A DNA stretch of 64,000 nt from Acidobacteriota bacterium (GCA_963663035.1 OY760074.1:1-64000), one strand, 5' to 3'; shown: positions 19,327 to 29,387, counted from the first letter of the stretch. The notes: generated from the letters alone by a model not told the origin. Translations and numbers: made by a program.

Positions 19327-19824
19327 CTAGGATGTTCGGTAGTTGGTGAACTGCATGTCAATTCCAAAATCCTTCTCACGCAGCAGAGCAATGACATTCT
19401 GGAGAGTGTCACGATCCCGGCCTGCAATGCGGACAGAGTCCGCCTGAATGGTACTCCTGACCTTTAATTTGGTATCACGAATGAAGCGAACGATTTCCTT
19501 GGCCTTTTCAGACGTGATCCCCTGTTGAATCGATACTCTTTGGCGGACTGTCCCCCCCAGAGCGCTCTCAACTTTTCCAAAGGAGAGGGCTTTCAGTGGG
19601 ACCTTCCTTTTGACCAGCTTCTGCTGCATGATATCGGTGAGACTTTGCAGTTTGTACTCATCATCGGATGTTAAGATGAGTTCCTTCTCCTCCAGTCGAA
19701 CTTCGCTTGTACTTCCCTTAAAGTCAAAGCGCTGTTTCACTTCCTTCATTGTCTGATGAAGCGCATTTTTGACCTCTTCCAAATCAACTTTAGAGTCGAT
19801 GTTAAATGAGTTCTCTTTTGCCAT
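19327..19824 (-). CDS. yajQ: YajQ-family nucleotide-binding protein
   Basis: SFNIDSKVDLEEVKNA, RFDFKG and QFTNYR. Confidence 0.95.
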   Translation of the reverse strand: MAKENSFNIDSKVDLEEVKNALHQTMKEVKQRFDFKGSTSEVRLEEKELILTSDDEYKLQSLTDIMQQKLVKRKVPLKALSFGKVESALGGTVRQRVSIQQGITSEKAKEIVRFIRDTKLKVRSTIQADSVRIAGRDRDTLQNVIALLREKDFGIDMQFTNYRTS

Positions 19825-19966
19825 TTTGTAGATCTCCCCTGAGCTTGCTCTTGGTTCACTGGCTAGGTTACTAGATGGGCCGAGAAGATTTCAATTCCTC
19901 TGTTCGCTTGACTCCCGTTGAACGACCAGTGACGATAAGCACTAAATCTATAAGGCGAGGCACCAG

Positions 19967-20853
19967 ATGTTCAAGTATCTTAAGCAAATCGGGCCCGGTG
20001 CCATAGTCGCCTCAGCGACAATCGGAGCGGGAGAAACGGTCCTGGCGGTTCGAGTCGGTGCCTGGGGTGGATACGATTTCCTGTGTCTGATTCTGTTGGT
20101 CGGAACCGTCACGGCCACTCTCTTGACTGGACCAGATGTGAAGGAAATCCTGAGTGGTCTGTTCCGATTTGGCCGGTTGCCACCTTATCCTGACTGGCTT
20201 CCCGCTGAAATCACGGACCGAAGTCAGCTTCTAGAATTGGCGTCTGTCTTCGGTTACGCCGGCAGCATCCCCATGAACTACATCGTCTATTCTAACTGGG
20301 TGCTGCTCAAAGGTTGGACTCTCGGTCGGAAGCGCAGTTCTCGCTCTGACTTATCCCATGCCTTGGGTCCTCTTCGCTGGGATGTGGGATTCAATGCGGT
20401 GCTGGTGTTTATCGTGACGGTAGCGTTCATGATTGCCGGGGTTGCCATTCTCAGGTCCTTGCATCGGATTCCCAACGGTTTTGATCTTCTCACTGAACAA
20501 GCCCAGATCTTCGCCCAGATCTCACCCGCCATGATCTGGCTGTACTACGTGACAACTTTGACGGCCCTGTGGGGAACCTTGAATGCGCTGCCGGACATCT
20601 ATGCCCGCGGAGCACACAGCTTCCTGAGCCAACTGCTCTCCAAGGGGAAGGACCTGGAGTACCGGAAGGTCATGAATATCTTCGGGCCCATCATGTTGGG
20701 ATTGACCTGGCGGCGCTCTGGCTGGATCGACAACTCCTTCCCCATTTACGGGTCTCACGGTGGGTCTGGTGGGCCACTATCTCAGCTGCCGCTGTGATCA
20801 ACCTCATGGCACTGGTCTCAGCTCGGGAAGTGATGGGGAAATATTTAGGATAG
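19967..20853 (+). pseudogene. NRAMP-like transporter with an internal deletion and a frameshift
   Basis: IGPGAIVASATIGAGE N-terminus, then an abrupt jump to later TMs. It is far shorter than the family, and the 3' TM is in another frame. Confidence 0.65.
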
Positions 20854-20898
20854 GAGGTAGGAGGTAGGAGGTAGCTGACCGGTGCCTCCTGCCTCCTG
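20851..20898. repeat. Heptamer tandem repeats (TAGGAGG)3 and (TGCCTCC)2 forming a hairpin
   Basis: Read directly; the two arms are complementary with G-U pairs. Confidence 0.75.
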
Positions 20899-20905
20899 AC
20901 ATTTT

Positions 20906-21880
20906 ATGCGTTATCGAAAGCTTGGGCGCACGGGCTATGAAATTTCGGAGATTGGTTTTGGTGCCTGGGGAATTGGAAGGCAGATGTGGAGGGGAGCGGA
21001 AGACTCCGAATCACTGCGGGCCCTGCACCGCGCGGTTGATCAAGGCCTCAACTTCATCGATACGGCGCTGGTCTACGGCACAGGGCACAGCGAAAGACTT
21101 GTGAGCCGTGTTCTCCAGGAGCACAGGGAGCAGATTTATGTTGCTACCAAGGTTCCTCCCAAGAACCAGATCTGGCCGGCGCAGGGCGCTCTCGAGGAGG
21201 TTTTCCCCCGTGATCACATTGTGCAGTGTGTCGAGGCGAGTTTGCGTAATTTGCGACGAGAAAGGATTGATCTTCTGCAGCTTCATGTCTGGAATCCCAC
21301 GTGGAACGAGGACAGCCAGTGGTACGAGACGCTCACAGAGTTGCAGGCAAGAGGAAAAGTAGCCCACTTTGGGATCTCCATCAACGATCATCAACCCAAC
21401 TCGGCATTGGAACTCGTCCGCTCCGGCAAAATTGACACGGTTCAGGTCATCTACAATATCTTCGATCAGACTTGTGAGGACAAGTTACTTCCCCTGTGTT
21501 TGGAAAAGGGGGTGGGCGTGATTGCACGGGTTCCCTTTGATGAAGGTGCACTCACAGGAAATATCACTCCGGAAACAAGATTTTCTAAAAAAGACTGGCG
21601 CAACTTTTACTTTCAGGGGGATCGAAAACGCCAAGTGCACGATCGTGTCCAAAAGTTACACAAGCTTTTGGGGGGGGAAGTCCGCACCCTCCCTGACTTG
21701 GCTCTGATGTTTACCTTGCACCCGGAGGCTGTGAGTACAGTTATCCCGGGGATGCGTTCTGTAAAACATGTGGACGCCAATATGGCTGTCTCGAATCAAG
21801 CGCCACTTTCCGAAGAGATGATCCAAAGGCTCCGGGAGCAGCGCTGGGATAAGAACTTCTACGAGAGAACCTATGCATAA
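20906..21880 (+). CDS. Aldo/keto reductase
   Basis: LGRTG..ISEIGFGAW, FIDTALVYG, ATK, IDLLQLH and VIPG. Confidence 0.95.
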   Translation: MRYRKLGRTGYEISEIGFGAWGIGRQMWRGAEDSESLRALHRAVDQGLNFIDTALVYGTGHSERLVSRVLQEHREQIYVATKVPPKNQIWPAQGALEEVFPRDHIVQCVEASLRNLRRERIDLLQLHVWNPTWNEDSQWYETLTELQARGKVAHFGISINDHQPNSALELVRSGKIDTVQVIYNIFDQTCEDKLLPLCLEKGVGVIARVPFDEGALTGNITPETRFSKKDWRNFYFQGDRKRQVHDRVQKLHKLLGGEVRTLPDLALMFTLHPEAVSTVIPGMRSVKHVDANMAVSNQAPLSEEMIQRLREQRWDKNFYERTYA

Positions 21881-21886
21881 CTCCGG
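21868..21886. repeat. Solo MITE-A terminal repeat supplying the AKR stop codon
   Basis: AACCTATGCATAACTCCGG|CT compared with the MITE end AACCTATGCATAATCCCGG|CT. Confidence 0.7.
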
Positions 21887-21987
21887 CTAAACCTGTTCAG
21901 ATCAGCTTCATCTGAGTCTTTACCTGCCTGGTTGCATCTGTATAAATGCGATCATATGTATTGAAGAGAAGGAGATAGACCACAAAA

Positions 21988-23520
21988 ATGACATCTGATA
22001 AGAAATTTAACCCCGATGAACTGAAGCAATTTCTTCAGAATAAGTATGGATCCGGCGTGCAGGTAGAGATATTTCCCAAGACTCAGCAGGAGCAGACCGA
22101 TGAAACTGACGAGACCGAGCAACGGCGAAGCCAGGCCCTTCATTTTGACTACAAACCGAGTCAAATCAAGGAATACCTTGATCGCTATGTGATCCAGCAA
22201 GATGATGCAAAAAAAGTGCTTGCTACCGCCATCTGTGATCATTTTCATCACATCCAGAGTTGTGCGGGAGAAGAAGAGTGTCGAGATTATAAGAAGCAAA
22301 ACATTATCTTGATCGGTCCCACCGGAGTCGGAAAGACCTACCTGGTCCAGAACATCGCTGGTCTCATAGGGGTTCCATTTGTCAAAGCCGACGCTACCAA
22401 GTACAGCGAAACCGGTTACGTGGGGGGAGATGTTGAGGACCTGATTCGAGAACTGGTACACCAGGCGGGGGGAGACATACAGTTGGCGGAATCCGGCATC
22501 GTGTACCTGGATGAGATCGACAAAATTGCCACGCCAATGAGCGCTCTGGGCCGGGATGTGAGCGGCCACGGTGTTCAGCGTGGATTGCTGAAGTTGATGG
22601 AGGAGACTGAAGTGCCGCTGCGTTCCCCTACCGACATTGCCAGTCAAATGCAGGCTTTCATAGAATTCCAGTCCAAGGGGCAGGTGGAAAAAAAGACCAT
22701 CAGTACCAAACATATCCTCTTCATTGTGAGCGGGGCATTTACGGGTCTGACCGAACTTATCAAGAAGCGACTCGGCTCCCAGCAGATCGGGTTCACGGGA
22801 AGCGGGAGGGCCACGGAAGAAGAACACTTCTTGTTTGAAAGGGTCAAGGCGGTCGACTTTGTCGAATATGGATTTGAGGCTGAATTTATCGGGCGACTAC
22901 CGGTTGTGGTCCACTGCAACTCCTTGTCAGTTGAGGATATGTTCAAGATCCTGAAATACTCGAAAGGTTCCCTGTTGAAGCAATATAAGAAGGACTTTCA
23001 GGCATATGGTGTAGATGTTTACTTCACTGACGCCGGGATGCGAGCTATTGGGGAGGAGGCGGAAACCGAGCAGATCGGAGCTCGTGGCTTGATAACCGTT
23101 TGCGAGAGGGCCTTTCGTGAATACAAGTACCAACTCCCTGATCATGAGGTGAAAGAGTTCATCGTGGGTGAGACGATGATCAAGAATCCAGATGAAAAGT
23201 TACAGGAGCTTCTGGATAACCCCACGATGTACCATGCCAAGATTCTGCAATTTCAGCTGGGAAAGGTTGAGCAGGAATTTAGCGACCAGTATGGACTCGA
23301 CATCAAGTTTACGCCGGAAGCCGCTCAGATGATCACAGAAAGAGCTGAGAAGGCGGGTGCTGATCTGTTCAGCTATTGTGGCCAGTTTTTCAAAGCTTAT
23401 GAGCATGGCCTGAATTTGTTGCGCAAGACTTCGAGCAAGAATCAATTTCTTATCGACGAACAAGGCGTACTCAATCCAGAGGAAACTGTGGAACGCTGGA
23501 TCCGGGACTCTTACCGATGA
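21988..23520 (+). CDS. ClpX-like AAA+ ATPase without the Zn-binding domain
   Basis: GPTGVGKT, GYVG pore loop, YLDEIDK, RDVSG.GVQ, IGF loop and GARGL. Confidence 0.88.
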   Translation: MTSDKKFNPDELKQFLQNKYGSGVQVEIFPKTQQEQTDETDETEQRRSQALHFDYKPSQIKEYLDRYVIQQDDAKKVLATAICDHFHHIQSCAGEEECRDYKKQNIILIGPTGVGKTYLVQNIAGLIGVPFVKADATKYSETGYVGGDVEDLIRELVHQAGGDIQLAESGIVYLDEIDKIATPMSALGRDVSGHGVQRGLLKLMEETEVPLRSPTDIASQMQAFIEFQSKGQVEKKTISTKHILFIVSGAFTGLTELIKKRLGSQQIGFTGSGRATEEEHFLFERVKAVDFVEYGFEAEFIGRLPVVVHCNSLSVEDMFKILKYSKGSLLKQYKKDFQAYGVDVYFTDAGMRAIGEEAETEQIGARGLITVCERAFREYKYQLPDHEVKEFIVGETMIKNPDEKLQELLDNPTMYHAKILQFQLGKVEQEFSDQYGLDIKFTPEAAQMITERAEKAGADLFSYCGQFFKAYEHGLNLLRKTSSKNQFLIDEQGVLNPEETVERWIRDSYR

Positions 23521-23537
23521 CACCTCACTCGGTCTAG

Positions 23538-25176
23538 CCGCAATTATTCATAAGTTTGGGGTGAGTGTCGATTTTCTGCGGAAGTTCAGGGCTGAGAGTG
23601 TGTTCAGGTGCGATTACAAGGCGTCCAAGCTTGTTGAGCCGAATAGAGATGAAGCGAGAGCCCCTTCCGGAAACAGCTCGGCCCGCAGGGGGCTGTATAT
23701 CTGTGTTGGCGCAGGGAGTCAGGGGACCGTCAGGTGGGACACAGACGGTGCATCAGTAATGCGAAGAGCTTTTGTTCGGGATAAGACGATGCCAGGTGCA
23801 CCCAGATGCGACGAGAAGTTTCCCGAACCCGGGCACCGATTTTGAACAGGCGGCGGCGGAGCGTCTCAATCTCCAGGTTGTGCCAGGGAGTCCCGCACAG
23901 GTAATCCCGCAGGCGCAGGATTAAGACATAGGCCAGGGCGTGGATGAAGAGTCGGAACTGGTTGGCCAGGAAACGGTGGCAGCTCAAGCGATCCATGGCC
24001 AGATCTTTTTTGAAAGCTTTCACGAAGTTCTCGCACTGGCCCCGTCCGATGTAGTGGTCATACAGCTGCCCGGCCGTGAGATCCTGGCGGTTGGTGACCA
24101 CAAAGCGACGGTTGAACCCGCGCTCGCTCACTTCCACCTTGGCCACCATGCGCCGCTCCCGGTCCCAACTGTCGGCCTGATAGACGAGCTCGGTGAACTG
24201 GCGTTGCTTTTCTCCTGAGTCGTCATAGTCTGCTTGCACCTGCTCAACCAAGGGCTCGACGGTGGCCGCCAGCCGGGAGTTGCGGGCAAAGCCCACCACA
24301 TACTGCAGTTTTTCCTCCTCACAGAACTCGTACAGTGCCGGCGTCGCAAAGCCACTGTCGGCTCGCACTTCGATCGGAACATCGGATCCCAGAACCTGGC
24401 GCATCCGGGCCACCACCCGTTTGAGAACCGCCACCGCGTGGGCGGCCGCCCCCTGGTTGCCGGGCCGCAGTAGCGCACATACCAGATCGCCCGTCTCGCC
24501 ATCGAATAGCAGCAGCGGATGATACATGTGCTCGCGATAATAGCCGTGGTAAAAGCTGAACTCCTGCTGCCCATGCGTGACGTCATCCGTGCTGTCGATG
24601 TCCAGGATGATCTTCTCGGGCCGGCTCTTCTTGCGGTGCTTCAAGTAGGTCTCCAGCAGCCACTGTCCCAGGCGAGTGAGATCCTTCGAGTCCACCGAGT
24701 TCTCCAGTCGCGACAGCGTGGGTTGAGAAGCCAGATCCGGATCGCTTTCCGGCAGCCGATCACACACGGTCTTGAAGATGGGATCCGAGCGCAAGCTGTC
24801 GGCATCGTTGCAGTCCTCATAGCCGGCCACGATCTGAAAGCTGCGCTGGGTGAGCAGTTCGCGAATCTGGTGGCGGACGTAGCGGCTATCTCGAGCGTCC
24901 TTCAGGCAGGAGGCAAAGCCAGCCGTCAGTCCGTGCTGTTGATCCAGGGCGTACAGACACAGCAGCCCGGCATCGGAGGAGAGCCGGCCTCCATCGAATC
25001 GAGCCACCACTTTTCTGTCAGGGTGAGATGGCAAGTTGATCTGGCAGACTGATGCATCGCTGGGCCGTACCTTTTTGGTTTGGAGTTGTTTCATAACCCC
25101 TTTTATATCAAAGAGGTACGGCATCTTTTTGTGCCCTCGATCAGACCCCTTCTTCAGAATTTATGAATAATCCGGG
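23538..25176 (-). mobile_element. IS1380-family element, copy 1 (1639 bp)
   Basis: IRs CCGCAATTATTCATAA / TTATGAATAATCCGGG; CTAG duplicated at 23534..23537 and 25177..25180. Confidence 0.95.
23730..25124 (-). CDS. IS1380-family transposase
   Basis: FDGGRLSSDAG, GYEDCND, LDIDST, VRADSGF and Y..RGQCEN..K. Confidence 0.95.
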   Translation of the reverse strand: MPYLFDIKGVMKQLQTKKVRPSDASVCQINLPSHPDRKVVARFDGGRLSSDAGLLCLYALDQQHGLTAGFASCLKDARDSRYVRHQIRELLTQRSFQIVAGYEDCNDADSLRSDPIFKTVCDRLPESDPDLASQPTLSRLENSVDSKDLTRLGQWLLETYLKHRKKSRPEKIILDIDSTDDVTHGQQEFSFYHGYYREHMYHPLLLFDGETGDLVCALLRPGNQGAAAHAVAVLKRVVARMRQVLGSDVPIEVRADSGFATPALYEFCEEEKLQYVVGFARNSRLAATVEPLVEQVQADYDDSGEKQRQFTELVYQADSWDRERRMVAKVEVSERGFNRRFVVTNRQDLTAGQLYDHYIGRGQCENFVKAFKKDLAMDRLSCHRFLANQFRLFIHALAYVLILRLRDYLCGTPWHNLEIETLRRRLFKIGARVRETSRRIWVHLASSYPEQKLFALLMHRLCPT

Positions 25177-25661
25177 CTAGTGCCCGGAGTTCTTGCATTG
25201 AGGAGCTGCAAGACGCCAATGACCTCATCTTCATGGTTCTTCAGCGGAATCACAAGCATGGATTTGGAACGATAACCTGTAGAGGCATCATATGTTCTGG
25301 GGCCGATGAAATCGAAACCCTCTGCCTCGTAGAGATCTGGGATATTGACGATCTGCTCCGTGAGTGCGACGTAGGAGGACACATTTGCGTGGTTGGGGTG
25401 CCCAAAAGCCCTGAGAGGCACCGGCGGTAAACTTACTTCTCTTCCAGTGGTTCCACCCAGCCTCATTTCCATCGTGCTGTTCTGTAAAATCTCAAATCGA
25501 AGCTGTTGCCTCTCCGCATCAACAATATAAAGGGTGCCGCCATCAGCTGCCGTAAGGTTTCTGGCCTCATCGACGATAAGCTCAAGTAGTTTGTCGATGT
25601 CCTTTTCCGCAGACAAGGCTATGCCAACTTGTGCAAGCTTTTTGAGGTGACTAGTGTTCAT
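25177..25661 (-). pseudogene. GAF-domain N-terminus of an HD-GYP-type signalling protein, truncated at the IS1380
   Basis: IALSAEKD, ADGGTLY, VNIPDLY, TGYRSKSMLVIPL and GVLQLLN; the frame runs into the IS end. Confidence 0.8.
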
Positions 25662-25840
25662 TTTGGCCCCTCTTAAGGATGGCAGGTTGACTTTCTTGTT
25701 TTTGGTGACGGTCGTCACCGATTCTCTTGATCAGGCCAGGTCAATTCTCAAGAATCAGGTGGACAGGAAGCTCAAACTGTAGTCATAATAGAATCATCAT
25801 TGAGAGCTTGTCCTTCTTGCCGGTATCTCAGGAGGTTTCC

Positions 25841-27067
25841 ATGGGTAAAAGGCCCCTCATTGTCTTAGCGCTCCTTTGCTTGTTTTCGAGTTGGGGATGG
25901 ACCCAACAACAGCAGCAAGGTTCCAGTAGTGATCAACCCACTAGCCAACCCCAACAGCAACGACGGTCGCCTACCCCACAACACCAGCGGCCCCTCTTCC
26001 TCTCTGGAAAAGTCCTGATGGAGGATGGCGGGATACCGAGCGAACCGGTAAAGGTCGAATTTCTCTGCGAGAGCAAGGTCCTCCAACAGGTTTTTGCGTC
26101 CTCGGACGGCAGCTTCGGCTTCATGATAGACATTGGTCGAGGCGCTCTCAATGCCCAGCGGCCAATGGATGCCTCGATCTCTTCTTCAGCGGAATCGCTA
26201 CTGTCGGGCGGGTTCAGCGGTGGCATGTCGAGCGGTAGTCCCCGTTTAGATACCTCTGGCTTAGGCCGGTCGGGGACACTCAATGTCAGTTCCTGTGAAG
26301 TGCAGGCGAGGTTATCAGGCTTCGAGTCGGAAAGGATTCTCCTGGGTCCGCGGCGAGCCCTTGACAACCCCGACATAGGCACCATTGTGCTGTTCTCCAG
26401 AGATAGGGCTGCCAGCGCCTTTATCAGCCTCAAGACCCTGGCCGCACCAAAAGATGCTAAAAAGGCCTATGAAAAAGCCCAGAAAGAGTTGGGCAAGAAG
26501 GAGATCAAATTTGACGAGGTGACCAAGGAATTGGAGAAAGCCGTGAAGATCTACCCCGAGTTTGCAGCAGCCTGGAATTTGTTGGGTGAGGTCTCTTTGC
26601 AACTCGAAGACCGCCCGGCCGCCCGCGAGTCTTTTCAGGTGGCTGTAGCTGCTGACTCGCAATACGCAAGCCCTTTAATATCGTTGGCCATGCTGGAATT
26701 GGAGGAGGAAAACTGGGAGGAGGCCGCTCAGTTGTCTCGTCAGGCACTTGAGCTCGACTCTCGACTGATAAAAGCCCACTTTTTCAATGCTGTGGCCAGT
26801 AGCTCTTTGGGGCAGCTCGATGCGGCGGAAGAGTCAGTCTTGCAGATCAATGAGAGTGGTAAGGCCGAGGACTTCCCGTTTTCCCACTATATTCTCGGGT
26901 GGATCATGTCGCAGAAAGGAAACTTTCACTCCGCTGCTGCTGAATACCGTCGTTTTCTGGAGGTCGTCCCCACTGCTGGAAATGCAGAGGAGCTGAAAAT
27001 CCAATTGGACCAATGGGAGGAGATGGGCCTGATCCCAGATTCAGAGAGTGCAGCCTCTCAGAATTAG
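25841..27067 (+). CDS. Secreted TPR protein with a beta-sandwich N-domain
   Basis: AGGAGG RBS, signal peptide, poly-Q linker, and TPRs (YPEFAAAWNLLG). Confidence 0.85.
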   Translation: MGKRPLIVLALLCLFSSWGWTQQQQQGSSSDQPTSQPQQQRRSPTPQHQRPLFLSGKVLMEDGGIPSEPVKVEFLCESKVLQQVFASSDGSFGFMIDIGRGALNAQRPMDASISSSAESLLSGGFSGGMSSGSPRLDTSGLGRSGTLNVSSCEVQARLSGFESERILLGPRRALDNPDIGTIVLFSRDRAASAFISLKTLAAPKDAKKAYEKAQKELGKKEIKFDEVTKELEKAVKIYPEFAAAWNLLGEVSLQLEDRPAARESFQVAVAADSQYASPLISLAMLELEEENWEEAAQLSRQALELDSRLIKAHFFNAVASSSLGQLDAAEESVLQINESGKAEDFPFSHYILGWIMSQKGNFHSAAAEYRRFLEVVPTAGNAEELKIQLDQWEEMGLIPDSESAASQN

Positions 27068-27088
27068 TCGCTGGGCTCTTTTCTATCA

Positions 27089-27748
27089 TCACGTTCTCGG
27101 GTCTTTCTTCCAGCCGTGCTTCCCAATGAGCGGTACGAAAGTGCAACGCTCCCCTCGCTCCCTGTGAAAACCTTCTTTGCTTCGCCTCACAATGTAGAGG
27201 ACCTGAGAGTAGTCCTCTTCCAAGGGGATCACCAGTCGACCTCCGATAGCCAGCTGCTCCAACAGGGGCTGGGGGATCTCCGGAGCTCCGGCGGTGATCA
27301 GAATAGCGTCAAAGGGGGCTTCTTCCTCCCACCCCAGAGTGCCGTTTCCGCCTCGGGTGTGGATGTTTTGGTAGTTCAGGCGACGCAAGGTCTCCCCTGC
27401 TTGCTCGCAAAGGGCCGGAACCCTTTCAATTGTGTAGACCTCAGCTCCTATCTCAGCCAGGATGGCACATTGATAACCACTGCCGGAACCAATCTCCAGA
27501 ACTCGATTTCCCGGGACGATCTCAGCTGACTGAGTCATGATGGCCACCATGTAAGGCTGGCTGATTGTTTGGCTCTTTCCAATGGGTAAGGGCCCGTCTG
27601 CATAGGCTTGATCTGCCAGGTTCTTGGGGATGAAGTGGTGCCGCGGGACCTTTTTGAACGCCTCCAGCACTCGAGAGTCGTGGATGCCTCTCTTCTTCAA
27701 CTGAGTGTTTACCATGCGTTCCCGCTCAAGTCGATAGGGATCAGTCAT
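27089..27748 (-). CDS. pcm: Protein-L-isoaspartate O-methyltransferase
   Basis: VPRH.F, QTISQPY, LEIGSGSGYQ and FVPLIG; ATGA overlap with the rnhB stop. Confidence 0.95.
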   Translation of the reverse strand: MTDPYRLERERMVNTQLKKRGIHDSRVLEAFKKVPRHHFIPKNLADQAYADGPLPIGKSQTISQPYMVAIMTQSAEIVPGNRVLEIGSGSGYQCAILAEIGAEVYTIERVPALCEQAGETLRRLNYQNIHTRGGNGTLGWEEEAPFDAILITAGAPEIPQPLLEQLAIGGRLVIPLEEDYSQVLYIVRRSKEGFHRERGERCTFVPLIGKHGWKKDPRT

Positions 27749-28716
27749 CTGGGTTCTGAGAGTTGCGCCCGGTTCCAATACCTGGCCAGGAGTAGCTTTA
27801 TTTTCCGCCGTTCACGAGAGCTGAGCTGGGAGCGCGCCGCCAAAAATTCCTTTTCAAAGCCCTCAATTGCCTTTGCCGAAGCAAGCCGGCGCGTTTTTTC
27901 CCGTAGCCGGTAGAACAAATCGGAGTATTTCCCACAGAGTTCCTGGATAAAGGTAAAGGACTTCCGATGAATCGTTGAAGGGCCGTGCTTTTGGATTGCC
28001 TTCTGGTGCTCTGGCGTGCAGTAACCCTTGTTGCGGGCGAAGCCATATTGGGGATAGAGCCCGTCGAGCTCGACCATCAGTTGGTCGCGGTAAGTTTTGG
28101 CGATGATGGAGGCCGCGGCGATGGAAAAGCTGACGCTGTCGCCCTTGCTAACCTTGCTCTGGGGGATGGAGAGCCCGGGGATTTCCCTGGCATCAAGCAA
28201 GAGGTGATCCGGGTGGTTCGGAAGCTCTTCCACCGCCCGCCTCATGGCCAATATGCCAGCCTGGTAAACATTGAGTTGGTCAACTTGAGCAACTTCAACC
28301 AGTCCAATCCCGATCCCCACAGCTTCCTCGCGGATGATTCGAGCAAGTTGCTGGCGCATCTCCGGCCCCAGGCGTTTGGAATCATCCACTCCTGAGATGA
28401 ATGGGTTGGGCGAAAAAACCACCGCTGCAGCCACCAGAGGTCCGGCCAGCGGCCCAACTCCAACCTCATCTGTACCGGCAATATTGAGGACCCCGGAGCT
28501 CCACAGCACACGTTCCAAGTTTAGCATGGACTCGACGCGCTGCCGTTCCTCTTTTTCTCTTTCTTGTCGCCTCTTTAACTGTAGGTAAACTTTGCGAACA
28601 CCTTCTCGCGAATCCCTCTGCAGCCTGCTCAGACTGTAGGGCGAGATGGAGTTTTCCTGACCGAGGAAATAATCGCGAATCTCCGCAACCGAATATCTGG
28701 AAAGGTCCAGTGGCAT
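27745..28716 (-). CDS. rnhB: Ribonuclease HII with N- and C-terminal extensions
   Basis: GTDEVG.GPLAGP, DDSK, KGD..SFSIAAASIIAK..RD and HRKSF. Confidence 0.92.
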   Translation of the reverse strand: MPLDLSRYSVAEIRDYFLGQENSISPYSLSRLQRDSREGVRKVYLQLKRRQEREKEERQRVESMLNLERVLWSSGVLNIAGTDEVGVGPLAGPLVAAAVVFSPNPFISGVDDSKRLGPEMRQQLARIIREEAVGIGIGLVEVAQVDQLNVYQAGILAMRRAVEELPNHPDHLLLDAREIPGLSIPQSKVSKGDSVSFSIAAASIIAKTYRDQLMVELDGLYPQYGFARNKGYCTPEHQKAIQKHGPSTIHRKSFTFIQELCGKYSDLFYRLREKTRRLASAKAIEGFEKEFLAARSQLSSRERRKIKLLLARYWNRAQLSEPR

Positions 28717-29375
28717 TAGCTATCCAGGAAAATTAAATGACCAAAGGCGGAGGGTTTATGGAAGTCGGGTTGTCCGGTGAAGGTGGGTCTCCAGGCCAGG
28801 TACTCGCGATCAGGCTCTTTGCCGGCTATTCGATACAGATTAACTCGCCAAGCCTCACCCACCTCCGGCGACGACGCCCTCATCGATTGGTAGGGCAACC
28901 CCAGAAATGCCCGCCAGATACACTCATATTTGTTCAAAACAGTTTCCAGCTCAAGATCGGAGTTCCACCTGAGGTCTACTTCCTCACGAGGCTTGAGGAT
29001 TTTCAGATCCATCCACTGCCCGAGAGGGCTCGCCTCGATCTCGAAGTAGTTTGCCGCCTTACCCGGTCTTAAAAACACCTCGACCACATCTTTCTTCCAG
29101 AGACCCTCCGTTGCACTCTCTGTGCCCCAGTCAGAATTGATGTTGAGGGAATCAAACCAGGATTCAAAATAAAAAAAGACATGGCGTTCGTTCCACAGCG
29201 AACGGACATGGGTTAGGTTGGCCCAATTATAGCCCTTCTCCCGCAGGGCTGATTTCCCGTTCCAATAACGGTCAATGGTCGCTGTTTCACATTTTTCCCA
29301 GAGTGGATTTCGAGGGTCAAAGAGGGTTTCCCCCGCCTCCGGAGTGCGGTAGCTGAACAGAGTGTTTTCGGGCAT
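28716..29375 (-). CDS. CBM9-like (DOMON-type) protein
   Basis: DVVEVFL, YFEIEASPLG, WRVNLYR and W.PT....DFH.P..FG. Confidence 0.82.
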   Translation of the reverse strand: MPENTLFSYRTPEAGETLFDPRNPLWEKCETATIDRYWNGKSALREKGYNWANLTHVRSLWNERHVFFYFESWFDSLNINSDWGTESATEGLWKKDVVEVFLRPGKAANYFEIEASPLGQWMDLKILKPREEVDLRWNSDLELETVLNKYECIWRAFLGLPYQSMRASSPEVGEAWRVNLYRIAGKEPDREYLAWRPTFTGQPDFHKPSAFGHLIFLDS

Positions 29376-29387
29376 TTCCTGTTCTTT

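Noticed and set aside
23561-23845. 94-aa and 64-aa plus-strand ORFs in the IS1380 3' region (also at 57033)
   Set aside because: No recognisable motif or RBS, and they overlap the transposase antisense; they repeat only because the IS does.
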